Position numbers and translations under genes: made by a program. Below are positions 61,107 through 64,000 of a stretch of DNA of 64,000 nucleotides, in pieces. The notes under the pieces are model-generated. The model saw only the letters and a program-made list of their open reading frames with translations. It was not told the origin of the DNA and did not search any database. How positions within the stretch are numbered: position 1 is the first letter of the stretch; every line of letters starts with the position of its first letter. Location of the stretch: the NCBI RefSeq assembly GCF_044704955.1, contig NC_091998.1, forward strand, positions 9,672,001-9,736,000, in the 5' to 3' direction. This stretch comes from Pristiophorus japonicus (lineage: Eukaryota).

Positions 61107-62312
61107 AGGATATTGGAAAGTCTGAGAGAGGAGAGTGGGAGCTGGGGAAAGTGAGAGTACGTTGAACAGGAGACTGAAACCTTGAGTCATGGGAGTGGCA
61201 GTGGAGAGTCTGGAATAGATAGGAGATTGAGAGCGGGGCAGGAGTGAGGTGGAGTGAGCTACGACCAGAGTGAGCTGCAGTGGCTCCCGCCACAATGACA
61301 CGTGGATAAGACAAGGCTCCCAAACAGGGATCTACATTTCCAGTCCCTGGACGTCAGCACGTACAGTGCCACAGTCAGTACGTAATATATTCAATAACAT
61401 TCTCAAACTAGTCGTCACTATCTGAATGAGAATTCCATATGGCTGGGTATGTTTATTCACACATAATCTTTTCAAACATTGTTGATTCATGATATGGTGA
61501 CATTAGGAAGTATCTTGTTATAAAAGTGCTTTCTTGAAAATAAACATTTTGTAAAACTGCTTTTAATTTAATTTATAGTATTAAAGACTTGCATTTATAT
61601 AGCGTCTTTCATGACCTCGCGATGCCCCAAAGCGCTTTACAGCCAATGAAGTACTTTTTGAAGTGCAGTCACTGTTGTAATGCAGGAAACGCAGCAGCCA
61701 ATTTGCGCACAGCAAGCTCCCACAAACAGCAATGAGATCATGACCATTTATTCCGTATTTTTTGTGATGTTGGCCCCAGGAGACCGGGGAGAACTCCCTT
61801 GCTCTTCTTCGAAATAATGACCATTGCAAATCAGAAGAGCATCCGGGAGGGCGCTGAGCCTCTCAAGTCTCGTCGCCGAGAGCATGCAGAAAACAAGCGC
61901 AGACAGCGGAAGGAGCGTGCGGCAAACCAGACTCCCCACCCACCCTTTCCTTCAACCACTGTCTGTCCCACCTGTGACAGAGACTGTAATTCCCGTATTG
62001 GACGGTTCAGTTACCTGAGAACTCACTTTTAGAGTGGAAGCAAGTCTTCCTCGATTTCGAGGGACTGCCTATGATGATGATACATTCATTCTAGAGTCGG
62101 AGTAACTGAGAGTTTGCTGGAGAGAGAGTTATCGGGCCGGAGGAGGTTACAGAGATAGGGAGAGGCGAGGCTGTGGAGCGATTTAAGCGCATGGATGAGA
62201 GGTTTAATCTGGAACTGTTGTGGGACCAGCAATGGCAGAGACTGGTCATCTGGCTACCTCTTGGCCAGGTAGAAGATGGAGAATTGTAGCCAGGAAAAAT
62301 ACATTAGGAGAC

Positions 62313-62676
62313 AGTGTCCTAGTGTCCCAGTATCCCAGTGTCCCAGTGTCTCTGTGTCCCAGTGTCTCTCTGTGTCCCAGTGTCTCTGTGTCCCAGTGTC
62401 TCTCTGTGTCCCAGTGTCTCTCAGTGTCTCTCTGTGTCCCAGTGTCTCTCTGTGTCCCAGTGTCCCTCTGTGCCCCTGTGTCTCTCTGTGTCCCAGTGTC
62501 TCTCTGTGTCCCAGTGTCCCTCTGTGTCCCACTGTCTGTGTCCCACTGTCTCTGTGTCCCAGTGTCTCTGTGTCCCAGTGTCCCAGTGTCTCTCTGTGTC
62601 CCAGTGTCTCTCTGTGTCCCAGTGTCCCTCTGTCTCTCTGTCCCAGTCTCTCTGGGTCTCTGTGTCCCAGTGTCCA
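62313..62676. repeat. Minisatellite with a ~16-18 bp unit (TGTCCCAGTGTCTCTCTG)
   Basis: Direct tandem repeats. Confidence 0.92.
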
Positions 62677-62946
62677 CTAGTCAGTGCTCTACCCGGCTGA
62701 AATTGGAATTTTCCAGATTCCCAAATTGGCCTGTCTTTTTTTGCCTCTCCCAGGTGATCACATGGTTTGGGGTAGAGTGGCGTGTATATGTTGTGATACA
62801 CAAGGTATTGCAGTTGCGTGGGATGGGCTTGATAGACCAGACTGGTCTTTACCTGTCAAACAAACAATCGCACTTACCCGAGGTGGACATGAAGTAATGT
62901 CCACTGCGGCCGCTACAGCTCGGAACGCCCGCTCTCACAGGCGTTC

Positions 62947-62960
62947 CCAGCAGGGGGCGC
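62947..62960 (+). promoter_or_regulatory. Candidate CTCF site
   Basis: CCAGCAGGGGGCGC matches the CTCF core consensus. Confidence 0.5.
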
Positions 62961-64000
62961 TCTAGGGAGCGCTACGGATCGGACGGGAGCCAAAAATCGA
63001 GCCAGTGTCGCAACCATTTGCACACCGGCTCACCTCTTCCGGGCCCCGCCGAAACCAGCCCCAAAAACTCCCGGCGGGGCGCTGGGAGCTGGCCGCCCAA
63101 CCGGAACAGCTCACCGCTGCCATTGCAGCCCCACCGGGGCGAGAGCAGAGGTGGCACAATCCGAAAATCCAGCCCTTTTTGCGATAAACCCATTTTCAGC
63201 GATATTAATAAAATTGCACCAGGTTACCACTCTTAATATATCAAGGAATGTGTTTTAATGCGTTTAAAAAAAACAAATATATTCTATTACATTGCCCGAT
63301 TGCGCTGGTTCACGGAAGATATTAGAAAGACTTGTATTTATATAGCGCCTTTCACAGCCGCCGGACGTCCCAAAGCGCTTTCCAGCCATGAAGTGTAGTC
63401 ACTGTTGTAATGTACGAAACGCGCACAGCAAGCTCCCACAAACAGCAATGTGATAATGATTGAGGGATAAATATTGGCCAGGACACCGGGGAGAACTCCC
63501 CTGGCTCTTGTTCGCTATAGTGCCACGGGATCTTTTACATCCACCTGAGAGAGCCTCGGCTTAACGTCTCATCTGAAAGACAGCACCTCCGGCAGTGCAG
63601 CACTCCCTCAGCACTGCACTGGGAGTGTCAGCCTGGATTTTTTTGTGCTTGAGTCTCTGGAGTGGGATGCGAACCCACAACATTCTGACTCAGAGGCGAG
63701 TGTGCTGCCCACTGAGCTACGGCTGATTATACAAATGAGTTTGGGCGGCAACTTTGACCGTAATTCCACTTCGGAAAAATTGCGCAACTTGCGCCCGCAG
63801 CAGGAATTCTATCCTGTTATAGGTAATGCCCTCCCAAAGGATGTAGCAGGCACTTCACTTTAAACGTAACATTTGTTTATTGAACAGTATTCCTTGAATT
63901 TTACAATAGTTTGTCATCTTTAAATAACTATTAACATTTATTAAGAGTTTCCTTGCTTTTAAGTTTTTCTGAGTCATATCTTGAAGACATAAAATGCTAG

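Noticed and set aside
60330-61323. Long repetitive ORFs (247-323 aa)
   Set aside because: By-products of a stop-free 21-bp minisatellite that is open in several frames.
62220-62897. Cys/Val-rich ORFs or a CRISPR-like array
   Set aside because: Simple tandem minisatellite with no unique spacers, in a eukaryotic context.

Overview
Eukaryotic vertebrate DNA that is mostly transposon-derived (CR1, L2 and RTE LINEs, DeuSINE-type SINEs, Gypsy/LTR elements, MITEs). The repeat repertoire suggests a cartilaginous fish (inference). Two spliced host genes could be reconstructed by hand, both on the + strand. (1) A 4-coding-exon collectin of 246 aa (23479-34103), MBL/SP-D-like, with a non-canonical EPD/WTD lectin site and no MASP-binding Lys. 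(2) A compact antigen-receptor minilocus (48892-58878): leader, one V with a 23-RSS, one J with a 12-RSS, a C1 exon, a Cys-containing connecting-peptide exon and a TM/cytoplasmic exon. It has the single V-J-C cluster layout and light-chain-like domains of a shark IgL cluster but the membrane-anchoring exons of a TCR chain, and its TM lacks the charged Lys. It is the best candidate for a novel system. Also notable is a poly(A)-tailed, TSD-flanked retroposon built as a mosaic of U2, U1 and possibly U6 snRNA pieces (13514-13873). Repeat boundaries are approximate unless TSDs or TIRs are given.
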